A DNA stretch of 64,000 nt, from assembly GCA_037968475.1 (NCBI GenBank), contig JBBKVO010000024.1, positions 68,067 to 132,066 of the forward strand, read 5' to 3'. How positions within the stretch are numbered: the stretch's first letter is position 1; each line of letters opens with the position of its first letter. Below are positions 37,824-48,368 of this stretch, in pieces. The position numbers were made by a program, and so were the translations under genes. The notes beneath the pieces were generated by a model, which saw only the letters and a program-made list of their open reading frames with translations, searched no databases and was not told where the DNA came from. The DNA comes from Bacteroidia bacterium (lineage in GTDB: Bacteria > Bacteroidota > Bacteroidia > UBA8524).

Positions 37824-38903
37824 TTATCGAAGATTATTTATCATTTTAACTATTTCGCTAACGGCTTCCTTTTTGAGTGTCAGTTCAATAGTAGAAGTGG
37901 GGCTAAGGACAATGTCCTTTTTTATTGCTGTATAACAACTTTCCCCTTCTATATGATAAGCTAAAATGGAGTATTTATAATTTAACGGCAACTTGACGGT
38001 ATTGTAGCCAGGCGCAGGAATAGCTTTATATTTACCATTGCCACTATATTCTGTCCTCAAATAATAGTTATAATCTTCATCTTGAGAAAAGAGAAAGACT
38101 TTAGTCTTTTCCCAATTTAATTTTTCAGATGATTTTAGATTGATACTAATAGATACTTCTTGCAAGTTTTCCTCTCTGGCTTTCCTGCTTATATAATAAA
38201 AGCCAGAGTATTTTAAAGTTAACTCATAACCAATTATTTCTCTATTTGATAATTTCTTGCCCTTATGTATGGTTTTTGCATTACTAGAGTTAGTTGAATC
38301 TAAAGTAAGCATATCCATGTTTATTACTGTTGGGGCATCATTTTTAGTGCTATCTATTTCGTATGTTTTTACCACTTTAATTGGTGAGTAATAATTTTTT
38401 GAAACAGAATCATATAAATATGCTAGTCCTCCAAGCATTTTTGTTGAAGGTAAAAAACGTAATCCTGTTGCATATTTTGGATTAAAATTTAATGTATTAC
38501 CATTCTTATCTTTTATAGTTAATTTTAAGACACCCTTCAATTCCATTAGCGAATCGGGTAGATTTATAGGTAAGTTACTACTAAATAATACATCTTTTGG
38601 GTCTTGACTAAAAGAGAACTCTATGCTCACTTTGTCTTTGTATATATCCCCCGTATTGGTAATAAATGAATTTTCCCAAAGTATTAAGTCTGTTTCATTT
38701 GGCAGCTCAATTATCGTATCAGATGGATAAACGTCAAAACTCATATTATTAGCTAAACGAAGGCCATTCACTATGCTATCTTGCAATGCTTGCTCTTTAT
38801 TCATTAGGTCATCCACATTTCTTTCCTGCTTATTTTCATTTTTACATGAAGACAAAGTGGTTATGAAAACAAAAGCACTATAAATAATTATACTATTTCT
38901 CAT
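37824..38903 (-). CDS. Hypothetical lipoprotein (FITTLSSC), low GC
   Basis: 359-aa ORF with a signal peptide and lipobox. Confidence 0.4.
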   Translation of the reverse strand: MRNSIIIYSAFVFITTLSSCKNENKQERNVDDLMNKEQALQDSIVNGLRLANNMSFDVYPSDTIIELPNETDLILWENSFITNTGDIYKDKVSIEFSFSQDPKDVLFSSNLPINLPDSLMELKGVLKLTIKDKNGNTLNFNPKYATGLRFLPSTKMLGGLAYLYDSVSKNYYSPIKVVKTYEIDSTKNDAPTVINMDMLTLDSTNSSNAKTIHKGKKLSNREIIGYELTLKYSGFYYISRKAREENLQEVSISINLKSSEKLNWEKTKVFLFSQDEDYNYYLRTEYSGNGKYKAIPAPGYNTVKLPLNYKYSILAYHIEGESCYTAIKKDIVLSPTSTIELTLKKEAVSEIVKMINNLR

Positions 38904-39021
38904 AGATTTTAACTTGCTAGTGGAATACTTTGGCTTTTTGATGAGTCATTTGCCGTAGTATCGGTTATTCTTTGAGTTTGTCTAATACCTGTTCAAAAAC
39001 CTCAAAACTTTATCGCGAGGT

Positions 39022-40506
39022 TCACTCATTACAAACGCCTGCTTCCACCAAATAGTGTCGGTCTTCACGCTCAAAGTAATAGCGCACATTAGGTTTAATT
39101 ACAGAATCAGGGTGTTGCAGCCGTTCAGTTGGGTTTACACCCTCCCACAACGTTTCATCACATATCACCATACGCGGGTTAGTCCACGCATTGTATACAC
39201 TGCTTATCCATAAGTAATCGTGCTTATGAAATGCTCCCAACAGCCAATAAGGCGGGGCAACAGCATAGTTGTGTGGCAATACATGGGCTACGGCTTCAAT
39301 TTCTTTTACATACGGTTTTTCATCCGCAGGGTTGGGTGCAGTCAAAATACCAACAGCATTTTTGCTAAAAGAATAATTCACTTCTGTTTTTAGCAACACT
39401 ACCTGTGCGCCAATTAAAACAATAGCTACAATACTATTGGCCGTAATAATTTTTTTGGGCGAAGAAAACCAAAACCGTCCCTGCACAAGGCTATATACAG
39501 CCACGGCCAAAAACAACGTAAACGATAGCGAAAAACGAGGAACCCAAGTGAGCGAAAACCCGTTTTGTGGCAAGTATACCAAGCCCGATACCATGTTTAC
39601 TGCAAGCACAGGCATGAGTATCAAAACCCACCACAGCAACAGTTTGGGCTGTATGCGCACAAACAGCAGCCATACCAATAGGGGCAATTGCATTAAAGCA
39701 AAACTTTTTAGTATTGAGCCTATGTATTCACTTTTAACCCTGCTGTCCATTTCAGCCCATCGGGCAAAAGCCTTGTCCAATCGGGTTTCGGCAAAGTGGT
39801 TTTTATATTTTAGGTAGATAATACCCAATGCAAAAACCGCGATATATACCAAGCCCCACACCAACGATTTTTTTAGCCATTGCTTTTGGGTGATGCGTTG
39901 CGAAATCCACTCCCAAGTAAAATATAAAGTGTGCAAGCAAGCGGCCAATACTGCCCCGTCCTCTTTAACAGAAATAATAAAAAGTGCACTGATAATGCTA
40001 ACCCATTTTTGCTGCCTGTATAGCGAAAGGGAGAAAATAAACCCCAGCGGGACATACAGCATTTCTATATGGAAGCCAAACCAAGTATCATCGTACAACC
40101 AAAAGGAATATGGGCCAAGAAACAGGGCAAGAAGAAAAACGGTGATACGGGCTTTGTTCACTTCGGCTTTTTGTAAGGTTTTAAAGCAGTATATAAATGC
40201 CCAAACATAAAGCCCCAATTGTGCCACAAACAGCCCATAAGCTCCAAGCCAAAGCACCAGAGGCCCCAGCAATAGGTTAAAAAAATAGTTATGATACAAA
40301 GCATGGTGGCCATAGTTATTCTCAAACATAGCAGGGCGACCTTGCAGCCAGCTACGGCTTATTTGTATGTGCGAGAACAAATCGCTTTGGTAAGTGTGCT
40401 TATTAAATAAAGAGAGTTTTGCAGCAAAAAACCAAAGCAGCATTGCCAAACCAATGCCCACAACGGCTATTGCCCAATACTGCTTTTTTTTACTGTGCTC
40501 TGCCAT
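39022..40506 (-). CDS. Large polytopic membrane protein, DUF2079-like (putative GT-C-type glycosyltransferase)
   Basis: 494 aa with ~12 TM segments. The periplasmic-loop pattern SDLFSHIQISRSWLQGRP...HHALYHNYFF resembles DUF2079. It is a tandem paralog of 40506-42005. Confidence 0.4.
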   Translation of the reverse strand: MAEHSKKKQYWAIAVVGIGLAMLLWFFAAKLSLFNKHTYQSDLFSHIQISRSWLQGRPAMFENNYGHHALYHNYFFNLLLGPLVLWLGAYGLFVAQLGLYVWAFIYCFKTLQKAEVNKARITVFLLALFLGPYSFWLYDDTWFGFHIEMLYVPLGFIFSLSLYRQQKWVSIISALFIISVKEDGAVLAACLHTLYFTWEWISQRITQKQWLKKSLVWGLVYIAVFALGIIYLKYKNHFAETRLDKAFARWAEMDSRVKSEYIGSILKSFALMQLPLLVWLLFVRIQPKLLLWWVLILMPVLAVNMVSGLVYLPQNGFSLTWVPRFSLSFTLFLAVAVYSLVQGRFWFSSPKKIITANSIVAIVLIGAQVVLLKTEVNYSFSKNAVGILTAPNPADEKPYVKEIEAVAHVLPHNYAVAPPYWLLGAFHKHDYLWISSVYNAWTNPRMVICDETLWEGVNPTERLQHPDSVIKPNVRYYFEREDRHYLVEAGVCNE

Positions 40507-42005
40507 TATTTTGGGGTTATACCGGCCTCAATAAGGTAGTGTCGGTCTTCACGTTCAAAATAAAACTTTACTTCGGGTCTAATTACCGAGTCGGCGTGCT
40601 GCAACAGTTGGTCGGCAACAACATTTTCACTATTGCTGTTATCGCATATAATCATGCGCGGCCACACACGGGCATTAAAAATCACATTCGTCCATATCAC
40701 ATCCTGTTTATGGAAATAGCCAAACATAGGATATGGCGGTGCAACGGGGTACATTTCAGGGAGCACTTGCGCCACCTTTCGCACATCGTTCCAATAGGGG
40801 TAGTAATCGTGGGGAGGAGTATCTCTAAAAATTTTTTGCGTGTTTTGGTGGTACGAGTAGTCAATTTCTGATTTCAGTAATTTTTTTTGCCAATTGAAAA
40901 TACCATAACCTACAACTATTGCTGCTACCCAACACACAAAAGCAGGACGAAACCAAGCCCTTGAAAACATAAGCAGTGAAAATGCGCCCATAGCCAAAAA
41001 AAGACTAAGAATAAGCGAAAAACGAGGTACCCAAGTGAGTGAAAAACTTTGCGCAGGGAAGTATACAAACCCTGAAATAAGGTTGACGATAATAATGGGA
41101 ATTGAAAACGCTAACCACCACAACCATGCCTTATAATTTAGTTGGCGGATGAAGAATAAGAACAAAGCAAAGGGCAACAACATTAGCCCGAACGAAGAAA
41201 AAACACCTGTAAAGTAAGCGCGTATATCTTGTGTGCTTTGCAGGCTTATCCGCTCAAACGATTCGGTAATTCTATCGTAGCCAAAATTGTTTTGCGCTTT
41301 TAGGTAATAAACACCTGCCACAAAAAAGGCTACCCAAACCCCACCCCACAATAGCGATTGCAGTAGCCAGCGTTTTGCGGTTATTTTTTTAGCGGTCATT
41401 TGCAAGGCTATAAACAACAGGTGTATGCAGGCTACCATTACGGCTCCGTCTTCTTTTATACTAAGCATTAGCAAGGCTGCCAATGCACTAACCCAATGTT
41501 GTTTTTTGTATAGCGAAACAGCAAACACAAACCCTAGCGGTATGTATAGCATTTCGGTATGAAAACCGTAGTGCGGATCATCGTACAACCAAAAAGAAAA
41601 AGGCGCACAAAAAATGGCAAGGTAAAAAACGGCAGTAAGCAGGCGATGGTTTAGGCTTTCATCTTTCTTATAAACGGTAGGGAAAGTATATACCAAAGCC
41701 AAAACATACAGCACAAACTGGGTAATGAAAATACCTGTTGCACCCCACTGTTTGGCCAAAGGCCCCATTAGCAAATCAAAAAAATAATTATGCAGTTTGC
41801 TATGGTCGCCATAGCAATTTTCGTGCATCAATGGGCGACCTTGCAGCCAGCCTCGGGCTATTTCTAGGTGCGTATATAAGTCTGATTGGTAGCCCATTTT
41901 ATTAAAAATGGTAAGCTTTGCAGCAAAGTACCAAACCAATATCCCCAGTGAGGTAAAAAACACTGCTAGTCCAAAGAAATCACGTTTTTTAAAAAGCTCT
42001 ATCAC
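40506..42005 (-). CDS. DUF2079-like polytopic membrane protein, paralog of 39022-40506
   Basis: 499 aa. Same architecture and conserved C-terminus (EREDRHYLIEAG). Its stop shares 1 nt with the downstream start, and its start overlaps the upstream gene by 4 nt. Confidence 0.4.
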   Translation of the reverse strand: MIELFKKRDFFGLAVFFTSLGILVWYFAAKLTIFNKMGYQSDLYTHLEIARGWLQGRPLMHENCYGDHSKLHNYFFDLLMGPLAKQWGATGIFITQFVLYVLALVYTFPTVYKKDESLNHRLLTAVFYLAIFCAPFSFWLYDDPHYGFHTEMLYIPLGFVFAVSLYKKQHWVSALAALLMLSIKEDGAVMVACIHLLFIALQMTAKKITAKRWLLQSLLWGGVWVAFFVAGVYYLKAQNNFGYDRITESFERISLQSTQDIRAYFTGVFSSFGLMLLPFALFLFFIRQLNYKAWLWWLAFSIPIIIVNLISGFVYFPAQSFSLTWVPRFSLILSLFLAMGAFSLLMFSRAWFRPAFVCWVAAIVVGYGIFNWQKKLLKSEIDYSYHQNTQKIFRDTPPHDYYPYWNDVRKVAQVLPEMYPVAPPYPMFGYFHKQDVIWTNVIFNARVWPRMIICDNSNSENVVADQLLQHADSVIRPEVKFYFEREDRHYLIEAGITPK

Positions 42006-43396
42006 TTAGTTTTTTCTTCCGTTTGTTTGCGCACCAAAATATACTGCCATACCAAAAGTGCAGCGGCCATTGGCAATAGCCATATCATACGTGCCATATA
42101 CCTATCTACCACGCCCGAAAACGAGGCGCACACCACACCATTCACCACACTGCCTATAAACACCGTTAGGGCAAAGGCAAAAGCGCTGCTATATACAGGT
42201 TTGCGATAAAAAAACACTCCAAAAATCACAAGTAGTAATAACGAGGCATACACCACCCACCGCTGTATGGTAGACTGTGTTTCAAAATACAATGTTTGGG
42301 TATACTGCACTGCATTTTGGTATTGAGGCATCTCTCGACCAAAAAAATCTTTTATTCCACCATATACAGGAGAACCTTCGGCCATTGGGGTGAGGTAGCC
42401 CAAATCAAACATAAAAAGTTGTTTCCAACCGTCTTCCACACATTTTTCTATCAAAACAGCGCGGGCAGGGCCGTAGGCCAAAATACCTTTTACAGTTTTA
42501 CCATAAGCCGCATCTTTTTCAATCCAGCATTCGCCCCAACCTTTGGCTACACAGGCACTATCGTATAGGGGGCTGTTGTTATACTCCCACAAAAAAGCTA
42601 CGGCGTGTGGCGGCAGGTTGTTTTTTACAGCACAAAGGTCGGCAGGTGCATCGGGGCATTTATGGTCGAGGTATACTTTGGCTGCCCCTGTTTCTATGCA
42701 GCGCGCCACCAAAAACACATTGCCCGTGCGCGAAGGTCTAAAACCCACACCCAACCAATAGTTGAACAAGCAAATAACCAACCACGCGGCCAAGCCCCAA
42801 AACACCACCCGTTTATGGGTTTTGTTTCTAGCAGCAAAAAAAGGTTTTTTCTTAAAAATAAGTCGCAACACAAAAAGGCCAATGGCCAGAATACTAAATA
42901 TAAGCAGGTGCGAGCTATGCACCGATATTGAAAATAACAATACCACTACCAACCAAAAACGGTGTTTGGGGGCTATGTCTTTTCCTGCTACCAAAGTAGC
43001 AAAAGCCAATAGTGCTATGGGCGAGAATACATCGGCCATTATTTGGCTGTGGTTGTGCGATAAGCCTGTTAACAAGCCCAAACCTGCCAATAAAAGACAA
43101 GTAGGAATAAAGGAATTTTTTATCTGTAAAATGTATTTTACCGCCATGCGGGCAGCAAACAGTAACACCAACGATTGCGCAAACAATACCAACCAAAGGC
43201 TAAACCACATACTGCTGTGGCGCACAAACCAACTGTAAAAATAAGGTCTGTCTACAGGGACATAGTGTATAAAACCCGCTACTATATACGTGCCTGAATC
43301 AGAATAGAGCATGGGATAGCCATTGAGCAGGGCAGGAAAATTAATTGCTGCCAGCGCGACTATAAAAGCCAATATTTTTAGCACCCATTGCCTCAC
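42002..43396 (-). CDS. Hypothetical polytopic membrane protein with a Cys-rich periplasmic domain
   Basis: 464 aa. ~6 N-terminal TM segments, a 150-aa hydrophilic segment with 8 Cys (CIETGAAKVYLDHKCPDAPADLC...CVAKGWGEC), then C-terminal TM segments. Confidence 0.35.
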   Translation of the reverse strand: MRQWVLKILAFIVALAAINFPALLNGYPMLYSDSGTYIVAGFIHYVPVDRPYFYSWFVRHSSMWFSLWLVLFAQSLVLLFAARMAVKYILQIKNSFIPTCLLLAGLGLLTGLSHNHSQIMADVFSPIALLAFATLVAGKDIAPKHRFWLVVVLLFSISVHSSHLLIFSILAIGLFVLRLIFKKKPFFAARNKTHKRVVFWGLAAWLVICLFNYWLGVGFRPSRTGNVFLVARCIETGAAKVYLDHKCPDAPADLCAVKNNLPPHAVAFLWEYNNSPLYDSACVAKGWGECWIEKDAAYGKTVKGILAYGPARAVLIEKCVEDGWKQLFMFDLGYLTPMAEGSPVYGGIKDFFGREMPQYQNAVQYTQTLYFETQSTIQRWVVYASLLLLVIFGVFFYRKPVYSSAFAFALTVFIGSVVNGVVCASFSGVVDRYMARMIWLLPMAAALLVWQYILVRKQTEEKTK

Positions 43397-43494
43397 GTTG
43401 CCAAATATACGGTTATAAGTACATTTGGGGTATTTTTAAGTATTTTTGGCGCAATAGCGCACAAAAAAGTATCTTATTTTAGCAAAAGAATTAA

Positions 43495-44850
43495 GTGCAA
43501 AATGTAAAATCATACAGTTTTTGGGCATTTTGTGCCTTAGTAGTACTATACGTAATACTGTTTTTTAACGGGCGCGAGTGGATGAAACACGATGCACTGC
43601 GCCACGATATGACGGCGTATTACGCCTACCTGCCTGCTGTTTTTATTGACCAAGAAATAGAGCTAAACAGCGAGGAAACCCGCAACAACATGATGTATTG
43701 GTGGAGTGTGGAAGCTCCCGCGCGCGAAGGCCGCATTATCCGTATGAGCATGGGGGTGAGCTACTTGCATTTGCCCTTTTTTCTGCTGGCACACGTAACG
43801 GCCAAACCATTGGGACACGAGGCCAACGGGTTTAATGCCCACTACTACTTTTTTATACTTATTGGCAGTGTGTTTTATGCCCTTGCAGGGTTTTGGTTGC
43901 TGCGTAAACTGCTATTACTTTTTTTTGGCGATGGAGTTACCGCCATTACCCTGCTACTTATTGCCACAGCTACCAACTTGGTATACTATGCCCTTAGCGA
44001 AGGGGCTATGAGCCATGTATACAATTTCTTTTTAGTGGTGTCTTTGTTATACCTCACCGTAAAATGGCATCAAAAGCCTAAGTGGGGCAATACTATTTTG
44101 TTGGGCTTGGTAATGGGCATTATTACGTTATCGCGACCTACTAATTTATTGTTGGCTTTAGTGCCCGTGTTGTACAATGTATATTCAAAAGAAACACTAC
44201 TGCAAAAACTACAATGGGTGCAAAAGCACTGGCACTATGTGCTAACGGCGCTTGTGTTTGCATTTTTGGCTTTGCTGCCCCAATTGCTCTACTGGCATTA
44301 TATGAGCGGTAAGTGGTTATACTATACCTATGGCGATGAAGGCTTTTTCTTCGCCCATCCACATATTATTGATGGCTTGTTTAGCTACCGCAAAGGTTGG
44401 TTTGTTTATACCCCCATAATGGCACTTGCGACATTGGGCATAGCGGTAGTTTGGAAACAAGCCAAAAAATGGGCATTGCCGTTATTTATAGTACTGCCCG
44501 TGTTTGTGTGGTGCGTTTACAGTTGGTGGACATGGTGGTATGGCGGCAGTTTTGGCTCGCGACCGATGATAGATATTTACGGGTTAATGGCCATTCCTTT
44601 GGCGGCTTTGATTACTTGGGCACTAAAAAGAAAATGGACGGGTGCAACGTTTTGGCTGTTGGGTGCATTCTTTATATACCTTAATATATACCAAACGTAC
44701 CAGTACAAAAAAGCGTTGATACACTGGGATAGTATGACCAAAGAGGCCTACTGGGCGGTATTTTTAAAGAAACAATACCCTGATAACTACGGCGATTTGA
44801 TAAAAACCCCTGATTACGAAAAAGCGAAAAAAGGAGAAGATGAGTACTAG
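43495..44850 (+). CDS. Polytopic membrane protein, putative GT-C glycosyltransferase (ArnT/PMT-like)
   Basis: 451 aa with ~11 TM segments. Aromatic-rich loops. Pattern-level resemblance only. Confidence 0.35.
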   Translation: MQNVKSYSFWAFCALVVLYVILFFNGREWMKHDALRHDMTAYYAYLPAVFIDQEIELNSEETRNNMMYWWSVEAPAREGRIIRMSMGVSYLHLPFFLLAHVTAKPLGHEANGFNAHYYFFILIGSVFYALAGFWLLRKLLLLFFGDGVTAITLLLIATATNLVYYALSEGAMSHVYNFFLVVSLLYLTVKWHQKPKWGNTILLGLVMGIITLSRPTNLLLALVPVLYNVYSKETLLQKLQWVQKHWHYVLTALVFAFLALLPQLLYWHYMSGKWLYYTYGDEGFFFAHPHIIDGLFSYRKGWFVYTPIMALATLGIAVVWKQAKKWALPLFIVLPVFVWCVYSWWTWWYGGSFGSRPMIDIYGLMAIPLAALITWALKRKWTGATFWLLGAFFIYLNIYQTYQYKKALIHWDSMTKEAYWAVFLKKQYPDNYGDLIKTPDYEKAKKGEDEY

Positions 44851-46015
44851 CATAGCCAAAAAAAGCATCCTGTTTATACTTTTAGCACTTAGTTTTTATA
44901 CTTCGCACGCTATTGACGGGCGTTTGCTGATAAGTACCACGCCTAATTTTTTTGATAGGTGGTATAAAAGCTATACCGAAATACCCATGGCACATATACC
45001 CCAAACACAAACCGTATACAAGCGGCAGGTGTTTTATATGTTGCCTTTTATCACCGGTTTTTCGGCTACGGATAATAGGCCTAATATTCGTTATGATGTA
45101 AACATTAGCCAGAACGGAAAATCGGTATACGAGCAAAAAGCAGTTACTGGACTAACCAAAATTGTTAACGATACTGCCGCCATTTTTTTGTGCGAAACGG
45201 TGATTAATTATGAGTTTTTAGAAAACAGCCCCAATGGCACTTATACCATTACCCTATTGGTGCACGATAATATAGCCCAAACCACCACCCAATTAACAGC
45301 CGATATTACCCTAAGTACCTACAAGTTTAACGAGCGAAAATATACCAATGCCGATAGTTTTTTTGTGTGGCAAAACTACTACTATGAGGGGATAGACCCT
45401 GATAGAGAGATTGACGGGTTAATGTTTTTCTCGTTCCCGCAAATGCAAAGCAATGCTGAGAAAACCCTAGCACTATTAGCCTATTTTGAAGATCTTTTTA
45501 AAGGGAAAACCTATTTACTAAAAGAGCTGGAAAATATATTTCTTTCTCGCAATGCGGATGAACGACTTACCATGATACACGTACTAAACTTGGTAAGCTA
45601 TATGCCCCAAAGCCTGCAAAACAAGTTTACTGACGAAGAGAAAAAATTTTATGCCGACTTAAAAGGGTTTGGACTGCCAGTGATACCAGAAGGGGCAGTA
45701 AACAACCACTTTTTGTTGAATATACTTTGGTCTAAATTTTTTGCAACGGGCAGTTACAACTATGCTAAAAAAATTGCTGAAACCTTTGAACTAGCCAAAT
45801 ACAAAGGCGCGCTTACAACGTTTAGCGAATCAAAACAAACGGAAGTCGATAAGCAAGCTGCTTTTTTAGAAACCGTTTATCAAAAGAATATAGAAGATAT
45901 GTTGAAGCGTTTGCCCAACCATCCATTGTTCAACGGGTATTGCCTGTATATGATAGATAGGGGCGATGTGAGTGAGTTGGTAAAAAAAGAATTAGTATCA
46001 GTTGTGGTGCGATAA
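44840..46015 (+). CDS. Hypothetical secreted protein with a signal peptide
   Basis: 391-aa ORF overlapping the upstream gene by 11 nt. No family recognised. Confidence 0.35.
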   Translation: MSTSIAKKSILFILLALSFYTSHAIDGRLLISTTPNFFDRWYKSYTEIPMAHIPQTQTVYKRQVFYMLPFITGFSATDNRPNIRYDVNISQNGKSVYEQKAVTGLTKIVNDTAAIFLCETVINYEFLENSPNGTYTITLLVHDNIAQTTTQLTADITLSTYKFNERKYTNADSFFVWQNYYYEGIDPDREIDGLMFFSFPQMQSNAEKTLALLAYFEDLFKGKTYLLKELENIFLSRNADERLTMIHVLNLVSYMPQSLQNKFTDEEKKFYADLKGFGLPVIPEGAVNNHFLLNILWSKFFATGSYNYAKKIAETFELAKYKGALTTFSESKQTEVDKQAAFLETVYQKNIEDMLKRLPNHPLFNGYCLYMIDRGDVSELVKKELVSVVVR

Positions 46016-46090
46016 GCAACCCCAATCATCATTTGCCCATCTAATCAAAATATATTTCGGTTATTTGCACTACAACTACCCTGTATACTT

Positions 46091-47269
46091 TTGATGAGTG
46101 AAGATAATAACAACTTTTGGCAGCGTTTGTGGGCATTCCTTACCCCTGCACGCATTGGCTTGCTATATATTATAGCCTTTGTGGCCGCATCAATAGCTCA
46201 ATACTACAAACCCCAAGCGGGCGAGTATACCAATTATAACAACTACATCATTTTTAAACAGGCATTTTTTCACCTGTTGCACGGTAAAGACCTTTACATA
46301 CTGCACCCTACCGAATGTTGGGATTTATTTAAGTACAGTCCCGCCTTTGCTTTGTTTATGGGCGTTTTTGCATGGCTGCCCGATATTGTAGGGCTTTCGT
46401 TATGGAATTTACTAAACGCAATGGTGTTGTGGTATGCGTTTACCCAATTGCCACAAGCCAATAGCAAACAAAAGGCCTTTATGTTGCTGTTTGTATTTTT
46501 AGAACTGTTAACCAGCATACAAAACTCGCAAAGTAATGGGCTAATAGCAGGACTTTTATTATTAGCCTTTGTACGACTTGAAAAAGGCGATGTAGTATGG
46601 TCGCCGCTGTATATAATGCTCACCGTATTTATAAAAATATTTGGAGTAGTAGCCTTTGCATTGTTTTTGCTGTATCCTAAAAAGCCAAAATTTATAGCCT
46701 ATAGCATACTGTGGGGTGTAGTACTTTTGGTGTTGCCCATAGTAGTAACAGGAAGCGACGGGCTGTTGATGCAATACCAAAGTTGGTGGAATATGCTAAA
46801 AGAAGACCACTCAGCATCCGTTGGATTATCCGTTATGGGGTGGCTAGAGACTTGGTTTGGCTATAACGGCAGCAAAACGCTTATTACCTTTTTGGGAGTT
46901 GTGTTGTTTTGTCTTCCGCTTATAAAAATTAAACACTATGCACACTATATGTACCGAGTGCTGTTGTTGGCATCGGTATTGTTGTGGGTAATCATCTTTA
47001 ACCATAAGGCCGAATCGCCCACCTTTGTAATAGCTATTACAGGCGTAGCCCTTTGGTTTTTTATGCAGAAAAGAGAGACTTGGAAAATTGTGGTAGTGGT
47101 ATTGGCGTTTGTGTTTACATCGCTATCGCCCACCGATTTGTTTCCGCACTTTGTGCGAAAAGAATTAGTAGAACCCTTTGTACTAAAAGCAGTGCCCTGT
47201 ATATTGGTTTGGGGCATTATTGTTTACGAAATGTTGTTTAAAAAATATGAGTTGTATAAAAGTGAGTAG
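46091..47269 (+). CDS. DUF2029 / glycosyltransferase family 87-like (polyprenol-phosphate-mannose-dependent mannosyltransferase-like) membrane protein
   Basis: 392 aa. The FKQAFFHLLHGKDLY...FKYSPAFALFMGVFAWLP region fits the GT87/DUF2029 pattern. Confidence 0.5.
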   Translation: MMSEDNNNFWQRLWAFLTPARIGLLYIIAFVAASIAQYYKPQAGEYTNYNNYIIFKQAFFHLLHGKDLYILHPTECWDLFKYSPAFALFMGVFAWLPDIVGLSLWNLLNAMVLWYAFTQLPQANSKQKAFMLLFVFLELLTSIQNSQSNGLIAGLLLLAFVRLEKGDVVWSPLYIMLTVFIKIFGVVAFALFLLYPKKPKFIAYSILWGVVLLVLPIVVTGSDGLLMQYQSWWNMLKEDHSASVGLSVMGWLETWFGYNGSKTLITFLGVVLFCLPLIKIKHYAHYMYRVLLLASVLLWVIIFNHKAESPTFVIAITGVALWFFMQKRETWKIVVVVLAFVFTSLSPTDLFPHFVRKELVEPFVLKAVPCILVWGIIVYEMLFKKYELYKSE

Positions 47270-48368
47270 AATAATTTTAACCCTAACATTAACTCTTTTA
47301 ATGGTGGCAGCACAGGCTCAAACCCTTAAAGAAAAAGAGTATGAAGGTACAACCCTTATGGCCGAAGGCGAAAGCTATAATAATGGTAAAAGGCAAGGCC
47401 AATGGATACTATACAACCTTAACGGTGAAAAAGAACAAGAAGGCAAATACAAAGATGGCCTGAAAGAAGGTGCATGGAAACGCTACGACCCAACTACCAA
47501 AAATAGTATTGAAGATGTAATTTATAAAAGGGACACTGCTAACGGAGCCTACAAAAGTTATTATGCGGATGGTAAAAAAGCCGAAGAAGGTGCATTTGAT
47601 ATGGGTTACCAAACAGGAGTATGGAAACAATACTTTAGCACCGCAAACAATTACCTTGCATCAATAGGGGAGTTTAAAAAAGGAGAAAAAGAAGGTAAGT
47701 GGACGTACTATTTTGATGGTGCAGGCTTGCAGGTGTACGAAACAGGTTTGTATGCAAACGGACAGCGCAATGGCCAATGGCAGATATATTATCAAGGAAC
47801 GGCAAAAGCTCGCCAAGCCGAAGGCAATTATAAGAAGGGAGTAAAAGAAGGCGTATGGACTTTTTATAACGAACAGCCTAATACCTTACTATCGCGTATA
47901 CGCCATATAGCTAATATGGAGCAGGATACTTTTACCACCTATTACCCAAGCGGTAAAATACACGAGCGTGGAGCCTATGTAAACGGGCAATACCATGGTT
48001 TGTACGAAGAGTTTTATGAAAACGGTGAGCGAAAAACAGAAGGAGCTTTTACCTACGGGGATAAAACGGATGACTGGAAGTTTTTTTATGAAACGGGTAT
48101 AATGAAAATGCTAGGCAGCTATTATAAAAGCAAAGCCAATGGTATGTGGAAATATTACCGCGATAATGGCTCGTTAGAGAAAGAGCAGGAGTATAAAAAC
48201 AATGCGATTGACGGGAAATATATAGAGTATTTTCATAACGGAAAAATTCTTAAAAAAGGGCAAATGACTAATTTTATGAAGCAAGGCAAGTGGGAAGAAT
48301 ACGATATAACCGGTAATTTGATGAAGATAGAAATTTGGAAAGATAACCAGTTGATTGATAGTCAATAA
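47247..48368 (+). CDS. MORN-repeat (YwqK-like) secreted protein
   Basis: Repeated G.W..Y..NG....EG.YK.G.K.G.W motif at least 8 times. Signal peptide from Met at 47247. Confidence 0.55.
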   Translation: MSCIKVSRIILTLTLTLLMVAAQAQTLKEKEYEGTTLMAEGESYNNGKRQGQWILYNLNGEKEQEGKYKDGLKEGAWKRYDPTTKNSIEDVIYKRDTANGAYKSYYADGKKAEEGAFDMGYQTGVWKQYFSTANNYLASIGEFKKGEKEGKWTYYFDGAGLQVYETGLYANGQRNGQWQIYYQGTAKARQAEGNYKKGVKEGVWTFYNEQPNTLLSRIRHIANMEQDTFTTYYPSGKIHERGAYVNGQYHGLYEEFYENGERKTEGAFTYGDKTDDWKFFYETGIMKMLGSYYKSKANGMWKYYRDNGSLEKEQEYKNNAIDGKYIEYFHNGKILKKGQMTNFMKQGKWEEYDITGNLMKIEIWKDNQLIDSQ

